Assembly (NCBI GenBank): GCA_038042325.1
Contig: JBBTEL010000161.1
Location: forward strand, 1 to 34,649
From: Candidatus Methylomirabilota bacterium
GTDB lineage: Bacteria; Methylomirabilota; Methylomirabilia; Rokubacteriales; CSP1-6
Direction of reading: 5' to 3'
Length of the DNA stretch: 34,649 bases
The stretch's first letter is position 1; each line of letters begins with the position of its first letter. This document shows positions 19,084 to 28,348 of this stretch, in pieces. The notes beneath the pieces were generated by a model. It had not been told where the DNA came from. It ran no database searches and worked only from the letters and a program-made list of their open reading frames with translations. Position numbers and translations under genes: made by a program.

Positions 19084-20301
19084 TCAGGCCGCGATCCCAC
19101 CCAGGCAGCGCCGCAGCAGGTCCAGGGCCAGCGTGGCCGTCCGGATTTTCATCGAGGGAAGGTCCCCCCCGAAGCGGTACTCCCGGCTCTCGAAGCGCCC
19201 GTCAAACGCCACGGCGAGCCCGACCACGGTGACCGGGGGCTCGGAGCCCGGGTCGTCCTGGAACACGGTGGCGGCGCCGATCCGGACGCCGTGCCACTCC
19301 CTCACCCGCAGGGCGAGAACCCGCGCCCTCGCCTCCGGGCCGGCGTCTTTTGGGAAGTCGGCACCCAGCCGGGCGGCGCCGTCCGCGCCCCCCAGGACGA
19401 CCCCGCCGGCGAACCCCTCACCGATCCCCGCGGCCAGGCGCTCGGCGACCACCCCTCCACTCCCCGACTCGGCCACCGCCACGCGGGCCCCCACGCGCCG
19501 CGCCTGGGCGGAGATGACGCTCTCCAGCGTCTCGCTGTCAGCCCCGAAGATCAGATCCCCGAGCCGCTCCCTGATCTGCGCCTCCACGGGCTCGATCAGC
19601 CGCTGGGCGGCGTCGGCGTCGGATCCCTTGGCGGCGATCCGGACGTCCACCTGACCCAGGTGGGCCAGGGTGCCGATGGTCGGGTTCCGTCCCTGCTCCA
19701 TGAAGTCCGCCAGGAGCTCGCCGATCCGGCTCTCCCCCAGCCCGACCACCTTCAGCACCCTCAGGCGGATCTCGCCCTTGAGCCCGTAGCGCTCGCGGAG
19801 GTAGGGCAGGACACGCGTCACGAGCAGATGCTCCATCTCCCGGGGGACTCCCGGCAGGGTGATCACGCACCGCTCCCCGACTTCGACGATGAAGGCCGGC
19901 GCGGTGCCCACGGGATTCTCGATGGGGATGGCCCCGCGCGGGATGAAGGCCTGGCGGCGGTTGGAGGGGGAAAGTTTGAAACCCCGAGCCCGGAAGAAGG
20001 CCTCGATCTGCGCCATGAGGTGCTCGGAGAATTCGAGCTCCCGGCCGGTCGCCGCCGCCACGGCCTCGCGGGTGATGTCGTCGGCCGTCGGGCCGATGCC
20101 CCCGGTCGTGATGACGACCTCAGAGCGGGCCAGGGCCTGGCGGAGCCCGGCGGTGAGGCGGCTCAGGTTATCCCCGACGGTGGTCTTGTAATAGAGATCG
20201 AGCCCGCTGGCGGCCAGGTGGCGGCCGATGACCGCGGAGTTGGTGTCTACGATCTGGCCGAGCAGGAGTTCCGACCCAACGCTGACAATTTCGGCCTGCA
20301 T
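19084..20301 (-). CDS. cinA: CinA family protein (MoCF-like domain + nicotinamide-nucleotide amidohydrolase domain)
   Basis: 405 aa from ATG 20301. N-terminus MQAEIVSVGSELLLGQIVDTNS, and the C-terminal CinA domain has AVAESGSGG. Confidence 0.88.
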   Translation of the reverse strand: MQAEIVSVGSELLLGQIVDTNSAVIGRHLAASGLDLYYKTTVGDNLSRLTAGLRQALARSEVVITTGGIGPTADDITREAVAAATGRELEFSEHLMAQIEAFFRARGFKLSPSNRRQAFIPRGAIPIENPVGTAPAFIVEVGERCVITLPGVPREMEHLLVTRVLPYLRERYGLKGEIRLRVLKVVGLGESRIGELLADFMEQGRNPTIGTLAHLGQVDVRIAAKGSDADAAQRLIEPVEAQIRERLGDLIFGADSETLESVISAQARRVGARVAVAESGSGGVVAERLAAGIGEGFAGGVVLGGADGAARLGADFPKDAGPEARARVLALRVREWHGVRIGAATVFQDDPGSEPPVTVVGLAVAFDGRFESREYRFGGDLPSMKIRTATLALDLLRRCLGGIAA

Positions 20302-20310
20302 GGACGCCCC

Positions 20311-20316
20311 ATTATA
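20311..20316 (-). promoter_or_regulatory. Perfect TATAAT box 9 nt upstream of the cinA ATG (possible leaderless transcript)
   Basis: The minus strand reads TATAATggggcgtccATG. There is no convincing -35 and no SD. Confidence 0.3.
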
Positions 20317-20455
20317 GACCACCTGTGAATACCCCGGGGGATCCCGGCGTCTTTAAAGGTAAGGAACGGATGACCGGGCCAAACTGTTTCCCTGATTGAG
20401 GGGAATGACTGAATCCCCAGAGATCCCAAAACCCTCTAAATATTAGGTTCCCGCC

Positions 20456-21868
<1,413 letters not shown>

Positions 21869-21878
21869 CTAACACCGG

Positions 21879-21906
21879 GCCCCGGGGCATAGAAAAGCCC
21901 CGGGGC
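21879..21906. terminator. Bidirectional terminator-like hairpin between convergent rpoD and the carboxyltransferase gene
   Basis: Two copies of the palindrome GCCCCGGGGC separated by ATAGAAAA (10-bp stem, 8-nt loop). It starts 11 nt after the rpoD stop. Confidence 0.5.
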
Positions 21907-22107
21907 TCGGAATGCTTCTCGACATCCGCTGGCCGTCAACCTTTCGAGATCGTTCGCCGGGGGGCCTGGCCTCCCAGACCCGCCCTCCCGACCTCGACCG
22001 ACCGTTGGCCAACCTCTGCCGGCAACCCCGAGCTTCCCCAGGGCACCCTCACGCTATGCCGGGGGCCAACTCCTGTCAAGCCCCCCAAACGCCCCCCTCC
22101 AGATGGA

Positions 22108-23658
22108 CTACACCGGCATCACGCCGTGCTTCTTCCAGGGACGCTCCACCTTCTTGCTCTGGGCCATCTCCAGCGCCCGGATCACGACCGGCCGGGTCTC
22201 GCGCGGGTCGATGATGTCGTCGATGAAGGCCCCGCCCGCGGCGACGTAGGGGTTGATGAGCTTCCTGAACTCTTCCACCCGGCGCGCCCGCTCCTCGTCG
22301 GGGGACGGCGCGGCGGCGATCTCCTTGCGGAAGATGATGTTGGTCCCCCCCTCGGGCCCCATCACGCTGATCTCCGCCGTCGGCCACGCGACGATCAGGT
22401 CGGGCTCGTACGCCTTCCCGCACATGACGAAGTAGCCCGCGCCATAGGCCTTCCGGACCACGACCGTGACCTTGGGCACGGTGGCCTCGCTGACGGCATA
22501 GAGCATCTTCGCGCCGTGGCGGATGATTCCCTCCTTCTCGACCTTCGACCCCACCAGGAAGCCGGGAACGTCCTGGAGGAAGAGGAGGGGGATGTTGAAG
22601 GCGTCGCAGAGCATGATGAAGCGCGCCGCCTTGTCGGCCGAGTTGATGTCGAGCGCCCCTCCCAGCACCATGGGCTGGTTCGCCAGGATCCCCACCGACC
22701 GGCCGCCCATCCGGGCGAGCCCCACGATCAGGTTCTTGGCCCACCCTGGCTTGATCTCAAAGAAGCGCCCGCCGTCCACGATGTGGTGGATGACCTTCTT
22801 CATGTCGTAGGCCCGGCGGGGGCTGTCGGGGACGAGGGTCAGCAGCTCCTCGTCCATCCGGTCCTCGGGGTCCTCCGACGCCACGAGCGGCGGCCTTTCG
22901 AGATTGGACTGGGGGAAGTACGACAGGTAGTCCTTGATGACCTGGATGCACCCCTTGTCGTCCGGCACCTCGAGATCCGCCACCCCGGAGATCTCGCAGT
23001 GGATCTTGGAGCCGCCCAGCTCCTCCGGCGTGATGTCCTCCCCGACCACCGCCTTGACCAGCGGAGGCCCGCCGAGGGCCATGTGGCTGGTCCCCTTGAC
23101 CATGGGCACGAAGTCGGCCAGCGCCGGGATGTAGGCGGTGCCCGCCACCCCCGGCCCCATCATGGCCGCCACCATCGGCACGACCCCGGACATGATGGAC
23201 TCCTCGCGGAAGAGGAAGCCCGACTGGGCGAAGGTGGAGCCGATGGCCTCCTGGATGCGCGCCCCGGCGGAGTCGATGAGCCAGATCATCGGGATCCGCT
23301 TGGTCAGCGCGATCTCGCGGGCCCGGTTGCACTTGACCTCCGCCGTCCGCCCCATCGACCCCGCCATGACCGTGAAGTCGTAGGCGATGACCGACGCCAG
23401 CCGGCCGTTCACCTTTCCGAAGCCGGTGACGACGCCGTCGGCGGGGGTCTCCTTCCCCCTCATGGCCGGGGAGATGTTGGCATGGGTGGCGAGCACCCCG
23501 AGCTCCGTGAACGTCCCCGCGTCGAACAGGAGGTCCAGCCGCTCGCGGACCGTCAGCTTCCCTTCCGCGTGCTGCTTGGCCACGGCCTCGGCGCCGCCCA
23601 TCTCCAGGGCCTTCCGCCGCCGCGCCCTGAGCTCTTCGACCAGCTCTTTCATCCCCAT
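22108..23658 (-). CDS. Acyl-CoA carboxylase carboxyltransferase subunit (PccB/AccD5 family)
   Basis: 516 aa, collinear with propionyl/methylcrotonyl-CoA carboxyltransferases over its full length (VIAYDFTVMAGSMG, LANQPMVLGGALD, VVRKAYGAGY). Confidence 0.9.
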   Translation of the reverse strand: MGMKELVEELRARRRKALEMGGAEAVAKQHAEGKLTVRERLDLLFDAGTFTELGVLATHANISPAMRGKETPADGVVTGFGKVNGRLASVIAYDFTVMAGSMGRTAEVKCNRAREIALTKRIPMIWLIDSAGARIQEAIGSTFAQSGFLFREESIMSGVVPMVAAMMGPGVAGTAYIPALADFVPMVKGTSHMALGGPPLVKAVVGEDITPEELGGSKIHCEISGVADLEVPDDKGCIQVIKDYLSYFPQSNLERPPLVASEDPEDRMDEELLTLVPDSPRRAYDMKKVIHHIVDGGRFFEIKPGWAKNLIVGLARMGGRSVGILANQPMVLGGALDINSADKAARFIMLCDAFNIPLLFLQDVPGFLVGSKVEKEGIIRHGAKMLYAVSEATVPKVTVVVRKAYGAGYFVMCGKAYEPDLIVAWPTAEISVMGPEGGTNIIFRKEIAAAPSPDEERARRVEEFRKLINPYVAAGGAFIDDIIDPRETRPVVIRALEMAQSKKVERPWKKHGVMPV

Positions 23659-23674
23659 GGGGTCTCGCCCTCTC

Positions 23675-24196
23675 TCAGGACATCTGCCCGGACTGGATCA
23701 GCTGGTAGATGGCGAGGTCCGTCGGCGGCGGCGAGCCGTGGATCATCGTCAGCATCGTCGCGATCTCGCTCCGGTGATGCGTGCCGTGGTTCGCCACGTG
23801 CTGGAGGAGCAGCCCGAGGGGCAGGCGGAACGGCTTGCCCTCGAGGTTCTTGTACTCCACGATCCGGCCGACGTCGGCCGGCGCCAGGGACTCGATGAAG
23901 GCCTGCTGCTCTTTCTCCACCGCATCCCACTTCTCCCGCAGGGCCGCGAGGCTCTCGATCTCGCCGCCGGGGAGCTTCGTGGGCGACGTGCCCTTCCAGC
24001 GCATGAGCCAGACCCAGTCGGCGCCGTAGAGGTGGGCGAACATCCGCCGCACTGTCGGAAAGCTGAACTGCTTGCCCACCTCCCGGCCCGCGGCGTCCTC
24101 TCCCCGCGCCGCCGCCGCATCGAAGAGCCGCCGGTTGGCCCAGCGGTGGTAGCCGTAGAGCCCCCGGATCATTTCCAGTTCCATTTCTCCCCTCAT
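23675..24196 (-). CDS. DinB-family (four-helix-bundle, His-triad) protein
   Basis: 173 aa. YHRWANRRL near the N-terminus and HVANHGTHHRSEI near the C-terminus. The ATG overlaps the BCCP stop (ATGA). Confidence 0.75.
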   Translation of the reverse strand: MRGEMELEMIRGLYGYHRWANRRLFDAAAARGEDAAGREVGKQFSFPTVRRMFAHLYGADWVWLMRWKGTSPTKLPGGEIESLAALREKWDAVEKEQQAFIESLAPADVGRIVEYKNLEGKPFRLPLGLLLQHVANHGTHHRSEIATMLTMIHGSPPPTDLAIYQLIQSGQMS

Positions 24197-24408
24197 TCGA
24201 GGAGGGCCACCGTGTCGCCCTCCTGAACCGTCTCCCCCTCCTTGGCCTTGACCGCGGTCACCGTCCCCGCGCGGGGGGCCTCCACGGGGATCTCCATCTT
24301 CATCGACTCCAGCACGATGATCGGGTCCCCGGCCCCCACCTTGTCACCCGGCTTGGCCAGCACCTGGAAGACCACGCCGGTGATGGGCGCTTTCACTTCT
24401 TCAGGCAT
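24193..24408 (-). CDS. Biotin carboxyl carrier protein, minimal biotinyl domain (71 aa)
   Basis: MPEEVKAPITGVV...VLESMKMEIPV (biotinyl-Lys in SMKME). AAGGAG lies 7 nt upstream of ATG 24408. Confidence 0.88.
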   Translation of the reverse strand: MPEEVKAPITGVVFQVLAKPGDKVGAGDPIIVLESMKMEIPVEAPRAGTVTAVKAKEGETVQEGDTVALLE

Positions 24409-24689
24409 TGAAGGCTCCTTGCTCGACCAGTTGGGTGTGCACGTGTCCGCGCGCGAACCACTCGCTCGAGAGCACCGCGCGGTGGAACGGGAGCGTCGTC
24501 TTGACCCCTTCGATGCCGAACTCCGCGAGGGCCCGGCGCATCCTGTCCAGGGCTTCCACGCGATCCTGACCGAAGGCAATGACCTTCGCCAGAAGCGGGT
24601 CATACGCCCCGGATCCCGAGGGCCCGGCAGGCCCGGAGGACACGCCGGGCGATCTCGCCGCGATTAGCCACCAGCACGGTCTTGAACAT
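24401..24689 (-). pseudogene. accC: Biotin carboxylase (accC-type) remnant with a large internal deletion and frameshift
   Basis: ATG 24689 gives [29 protein letters not shown] then TGA (24600..24602). In the +1 frame the sequence continues [45 protein letters not shown]...*, the last ~68 aa of biotin carboxylases. The ATP-grasp core is absent. Confidence 0.8.
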
Positions 24690-24702
24690 GGACGGACCGG
24701 GG

Positions 24703-25671
24703 TCAGGCGGGCTCGGTTCTCACCGCTTCGGCCTCCACCACCTGCCAGCGCCCGTCGCGCTGAGCCCACCGGGAGAGGAGAACCAGCGCCCCCTGGCGGG
24801 ACTCCAGGCGAAGCTTGATCTGCCGGTGGGAGCCCAGCTTGGCGACCCCCACGACCGCGTGACGATCGGCCCCCGCCGCAAGGAGCGACCGGTACAGGCC
24901 GGCCCCATCGGCCCGGAACTCGGGCGCGAGGTCCTCGGTGAGGCCCGCCAGGTCGCCCCGTTCGAGGTTCAGCGCGTGAGCCTCGAGCGCTGCCTCGAGA
25001 TCCGGGGGCAGCGGCCAGCGCCCCACCGGCTTTCCCAGCTCGACCAGGTCCCCCGCCACGTCTCCGGCATCGGCGGGAATATCTGGAAGCGCGAGGTGGG
25101 AGAGGCCCTCCCCCGTCACGCCGCCCGCTTCGGCCAGGAGGGCCTGGAGCCGGTCCTCCCACTCGCGAGCCCGGCGGCGGGCCCCGTCGTCGGTGAGGTG
25201 GTGGGCCAGGATCGCAAGCCCCACGGCGACATGACGCCGCTCGTCCTCGATGGTGCGCACGAGGATCCGGCGCGTCGGTGGCTCGTAGACGGCGTTGGCG
25301 TGGGCGAGGTGATGCGCGTACGTCGCGAGGAGGTGCGGCTTGAGGACCCGGTAGATCCCGACGAGGCGCTCAGCCGTCCGGCCGAACTCCTCAGGGCTCT
25401 CCAGGCGGTCCATGAAGCGGACGAAGGCGTCGTTCGGAGGCTCGGAGACCTGGGCCGTGGCGCGCAGCTCCGGAAGGCGCTTGCCCCAGAGGTCGGCGTG
25501 CTGGGCACAGTCCCAGACGTGGCGGCCGAAGAGCAGCTTGGACCCGAGCTCCGGGGTCAGGGCGATCCAGCCCCCCATCACGCGCATCATCCGCTCCTCC
25601 GCGTAGCGGTAGTGGCGGATGCGCTTGGCCGACTCTTCGACGGAGAAGTGCCCGGCGAGGCGCTGGACCAC
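24703..25671 (-). CDS. Ferritin-like (di-iron-type four-helix bundle) protein with a C-terminal NTF2/SnoaL-like domain
   Basis: 322 aa from GTG 25671. Candidate ligand helices are [24 protein letters not shown] and [13 protein letters not shown]. The C-terminal ~100 aa ([11 protein letters not shown]...[11 protein letters not shown]) looks NTF2-like. No closer family was recognised. Confidence 0.55.
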   Translation of the reverse strand: MVQRLAGHFSVEESAKRIRHYRYAEERMMRVMGGWIALTPELGSKLLFGRHVWDCAQHADLWGKRLPELRATAQVSEPPNDAFVRFMDRLESPEEFGRTAERLVGIYRVLKPHLLATYAHHLAHANAVYEPPTRRILVRTIEDERRHVAVGLAILAHHLTDDGARRRAREWEDRLQALLAEAGGVTGEGLSHLALPDIPADAGDVAGDLVELGKPVGRWPLPPDLEAALEAHALNLERGDLAGLTEDLAPEFRADGAGLYRSLLAAGADRHAVVGVAKLGSHRQIKLRLESRQGALVLLSRWAQRDGRWQVVEAEAVRTEPA

Positions 25672-25677
25672 AGCCGG

Positions 25678-26433
25678 CTAATACACCGGGGAACGCTGGG
25701 TAGTTTTGATGAGGCGGGCGATCTCCTCGTCGGTGAACCCGGCCAGCCGGCGGGCCTCGGTGGCGATCGAGATCGGGACCTCCTCGTGGTCGCCCTCGCG
25801 CCGGAGCCCACCCAGGTTGAAGCGCTCGTCGATGGACTCCTGGAACTCGATCGCGCGCTTCCGGCGCTCGGGATCGCCCTCCGTCAGCGCGTTGAGCCAC
25901 TTGGAGCCCATGCGGACGTGGGTAATCTCGTCGGCCAGGACGAAGTCCACCGCGTGCTCGAGGACCGGATCGCCGATCTTCCGGGCGATATGGATCAGCT
26001 GGTTGAACACGTCGCAGGCGAGGCCCTCCAGGCCCCGGTTGACCCCCGCCACGCGAGCCGCCGCGTCCTCGGCGCAGGCGCAGCGCCAGAGGATGGTGGT
26101 CTCGGGAAACTCGCCGACGTAGCCGTCCAGGTGCTCGAGGAGCCGGATGTAGATCTCCACGTGGCGCGACTCGTCCCAGACCTGGCGGGCCATGTCCAGG
26201 GTGAACTCCCAGGGGGTGTCGGGAAAGTCGTAAACCGTGCGCCCGGTCCCTTCCATCGCCTGGAGCTCCCCCACCATGATGCCGTGGACGCGCTCCTTGA
26301 TCGACTCGCGGCTCGCGAGGTCGGGAAACGGGGGGAGCCCCTGCTCGACCCGCAGCTCGCCCACGCGGCGAGCCCGCATCCGAATGAAGCGATCCTCTCG
26401 GGCGAGCTTATCGTAGGCGATCGGACGATCCAT
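25678..26433 (-). CDS. DUF455-like ferritin-superfamily di-iron protein
   Basis: 251 aa from ATG 26433, with GGAGGG upstream. The E / ExxH / E / ExxH pattern is GELQAME, WDESRHVEIY, RGLEGLACD and LADEITHVRMGSKW, the spacing typical of DUF455. Confidence 0.7.
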   Translation of the reverse strand: MDRPIAYDKLAREDRFIRMRARRVGELRVEQGLPPFPDLASRESIKERVHGIMVGELQAMEGTGRTVYDFPDTPWEFTLDMARQVWDESRHVEIYIRLLEHLDGYVGEFPETTILWRCACAEDAAARVAGVNRGLEGLACDVFNQLIHIARKIGDPVLEHAVDFVLADEITHVRMGSKWLNALTEGDPERRKRAIEFQESIDERFNLGGLRREGDHEEVPISIATEARRLAGFTDEEIARLIKTTQRSPVY

Positions 26434-26478
26434 GCCGCCCTCCAACGTGAGAGACTGACCAATTGTTCAGCGAGTTTA

Positions 26479-27360
26479 TCATACTCTCTCTTTGAATTCG
26501 TGACCGAGGAGGCCCTCCGGCCGGACCAGGAGCACCACGATGATGATGACGAAAGCCAGCGTGTTCTTGAACTGGATCGTCAGGTAGCCGCCGGTCAGGC
26601 TCTCCGCCACGCCGAGGATGAGCCCGCCGACGACGGCGCCCGGGAGGCTGTTCAGTCCTCCAAGAACGGCCGCAGCGAACCCCTTGAGGAAGGGGTCGAG
26701 CATGAAGAACGGGTCCAGGAACAGGGCCGCGGCCAGGAACACCCCGGCCACGACTCCCAGGACCGAGGCGACAGCCCAGGACACCGAGAGCACCATGCGG
26801 GTCGGAATCCCGAGGGTCTGGGCCGCCTGCAGGTTCTCCGAGGTGGCCCGCATCGCGAGGCCGAGCCTGGTCTTCTGGACCAGCAGGTAGAGGAGGAGGC
26901 TCCCCACGAGGCCGGCGGCCAGGGTACCGAGCGAGAGCTGGCTGATGAAGACCGGGCCCAGCTTCCAGGTCTTACTGTCCGAGAGCGGGAACGGCAGGCG
27001 GTCGGGCTCCGCCCCCCACTGGTAGACGATCAGGCCTTGGAAGACCAGCGCCAGACCGAGGGTGAGGATGACCTGCCCCAGGAGGGTGGCGCCCTGCCGC
27101 TGGGCCGGGATCAGCACCCCGAAATAGAAGGCGACGGAAAGGGCCGCGCCCACGAGGACGGCCACGGCAAAGGCAACGGAGAAGGAGTAGCCCTGCGAGA
27201 CCAGGGCGAAGGCAACGAAGGTGCCGAGGGTCGCCACGTCGCCGTGGGCGAAGTTGAGGACCCGCGTGGACCGGTAGATCAGGACGATGCCCAGGGCCAC
27301 CAGGGCGTACAGGCTACCCGCCGACAGCCCGGTCAATGCGTACTGGAGGAAGCGCGCCAT
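26479..27360 (-). CDS. livH: Branched-chain amino acid-type ABC transporter permease (LivH family)
   Basis: 293 aa, multi-TM. Contains INFAHG-like LNFAHGD near the N-terminus. Confidence 0.88.
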   Translation of the reverse strand: MARFLQYALTGLSAGSLYALVALGIVLIYRSTRVLNFAHGDVATLGTFVAFALVSQGYSFSVAFAVAVLVGAALSVAFYFGVLIPAQRQGATLLGQVILTLGLALVFQGLIVYQWGAEPDRLPFPLSDSKTWKLGPVFISQLSLGTLAAGLVGSLLLYLLVQKTRLGLAMRATSENLQAAQTLGIPTRMVLSVSWAVASVLGVVAGVFLAAALFLDPFFMLDPFLKGFAAAVLGGLNSLPGAVVGGLILGVAESLTGGYLTIQFKNTLAFVIIIVVLLVRPEGLLGHEFKERV

Positions 27361-27364
27361 ATGG

Positions 27365-28345
27365 TCACCGGAAGGGCCAGAGTTGGAAGTAGAGCCGCGT
27401 CTTGATCCACAAGCCGGCCAGGCCGAGCGGCTGAAAGACGAGGACCACGAGAATGGTGAGGCCGTAGAGCACCGGGACGAGCCACCGCGACGCGCTGAAG
27501 AACGTGGGGACGAGGATCACGAACATAGCCCCCAGGATGGACCCCTCCACCGAGGCGAGCCCTCCCACGATGACGGCCACGAAGAGGGTGAGGGACTCGG
27601 CGATGTTGAAGGTCTGGGGCTCGAGATGCCCCAGAAATTGCGCGAACAGCCCGCCGTGAACACCCGTGTAGAACGACGAGATGGCGAAGGCCAGCAGCTT
27701 GTACCGGGTCAGGTTCACCCCCATGACCTCGGCGGCGATGTCGCTGTCCCGGATCGCGACGAAGGCCCGCCCCACGTAGGACGAGATGAGGTTGTAGGTG
27801 ACCACGGTGGAGACCACCAGGAGCCCCAGGTAGATGTAGTAGACGTACACCTCGCGGGAGAGACCGAAGGCCGGCTGGAGCTTGGGAACGGAGAGCCCGG
27901 AGCGCCCTCCCGAAAGCAGTTCCCAGTTGGCGAAGATCTGATAGACCGCCACCCCGAATCCCAGCGTGGCGATGGCCAGGTACGGCCCCTTGAGCCTCAG
28001 CGAGGGGAAACCCACCAGCACCCCGGCGAGCCCGGCGGCGAGCCCGGCGGCGGCCAGGGCCAGGAGGAACGGCACGCCCAGGGTCTTCAGGTGGGCGAAA
28101 GAGTAGGCGCCGATCGCGAGAAAGCCCGCCTGGCCGAACGAGATCTGCCCCGTGTAGCCGATCAGGATGTTCTGCCCCATGATCCCGATGGCGTAGAGGC
28201 AGATCAGGCTGGCGCGGACGAGCCAGGAGGAGTCGGCGTACCCGGGGAGCGCCAGAAGGGTGGCGAGGAGCGCCCCGAGCAGGAGCCACGTGAGGGGCTT
28301 CCGAGCGAATCTCAGATCCTCACGGTAGCTCTCGACGAGGTCCAC
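27365..28345 (-). CDS. livM: Branched-chain amino acid-type ABC transporter permease (LivM family)
   Basis: 326 aa. Contains GYTGQISFGQAGFLAIGAY. Confidence 0.88.
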   Translation of the reverse strand: MDLVESYREDLRFARKPLTWLLLGALLATLLALPGYADSSWLVRASLICLYAIGIMGQNILIGYTGQISFGQAGFLAIGAYSFAHLKTLGVPFLLALAAAGLAAGLAGVLVGFPSLRLKGPYLAIATLGFGVAVYQIFANWELLSGGRSGLSVPKLQPAFGLSREVYVYYIYLGLLVVSTVVTYNLISSYVGRAFVAIRDSDIAAEVMGVNLTRYKLLAFAISSFYTGVHGGLFAQFLGHLEPQTFNIAESLTLFVAVIVGGLASVEGSILGAMFVILVPTFFSASRWLVPVLYGLTILVVLVFQPLGLAGLWIKTRLYFQLWPFR

Positions 28346-28348
28346 TCG

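Noticed and set aside
20302-20455. rpoD promoter in the comparatively AT-rich cinA-rpoD divergent spacer (e.g. TAAATATT at ~20436)
   Set aside because: I could not pair any -10-like hexamer with an acceptable -35 at 16-18 nt spacing, so no rpoD promoter feature is reported.
24590-24620. accC junction as a programmed frameshift or simple sequencing indel
   Set aside because: Restoring the frame would still give only ~97 aa, lacking the entire ATP-grasp domain. The defect is a ~1 kb deletion, not a 1-nt slip.
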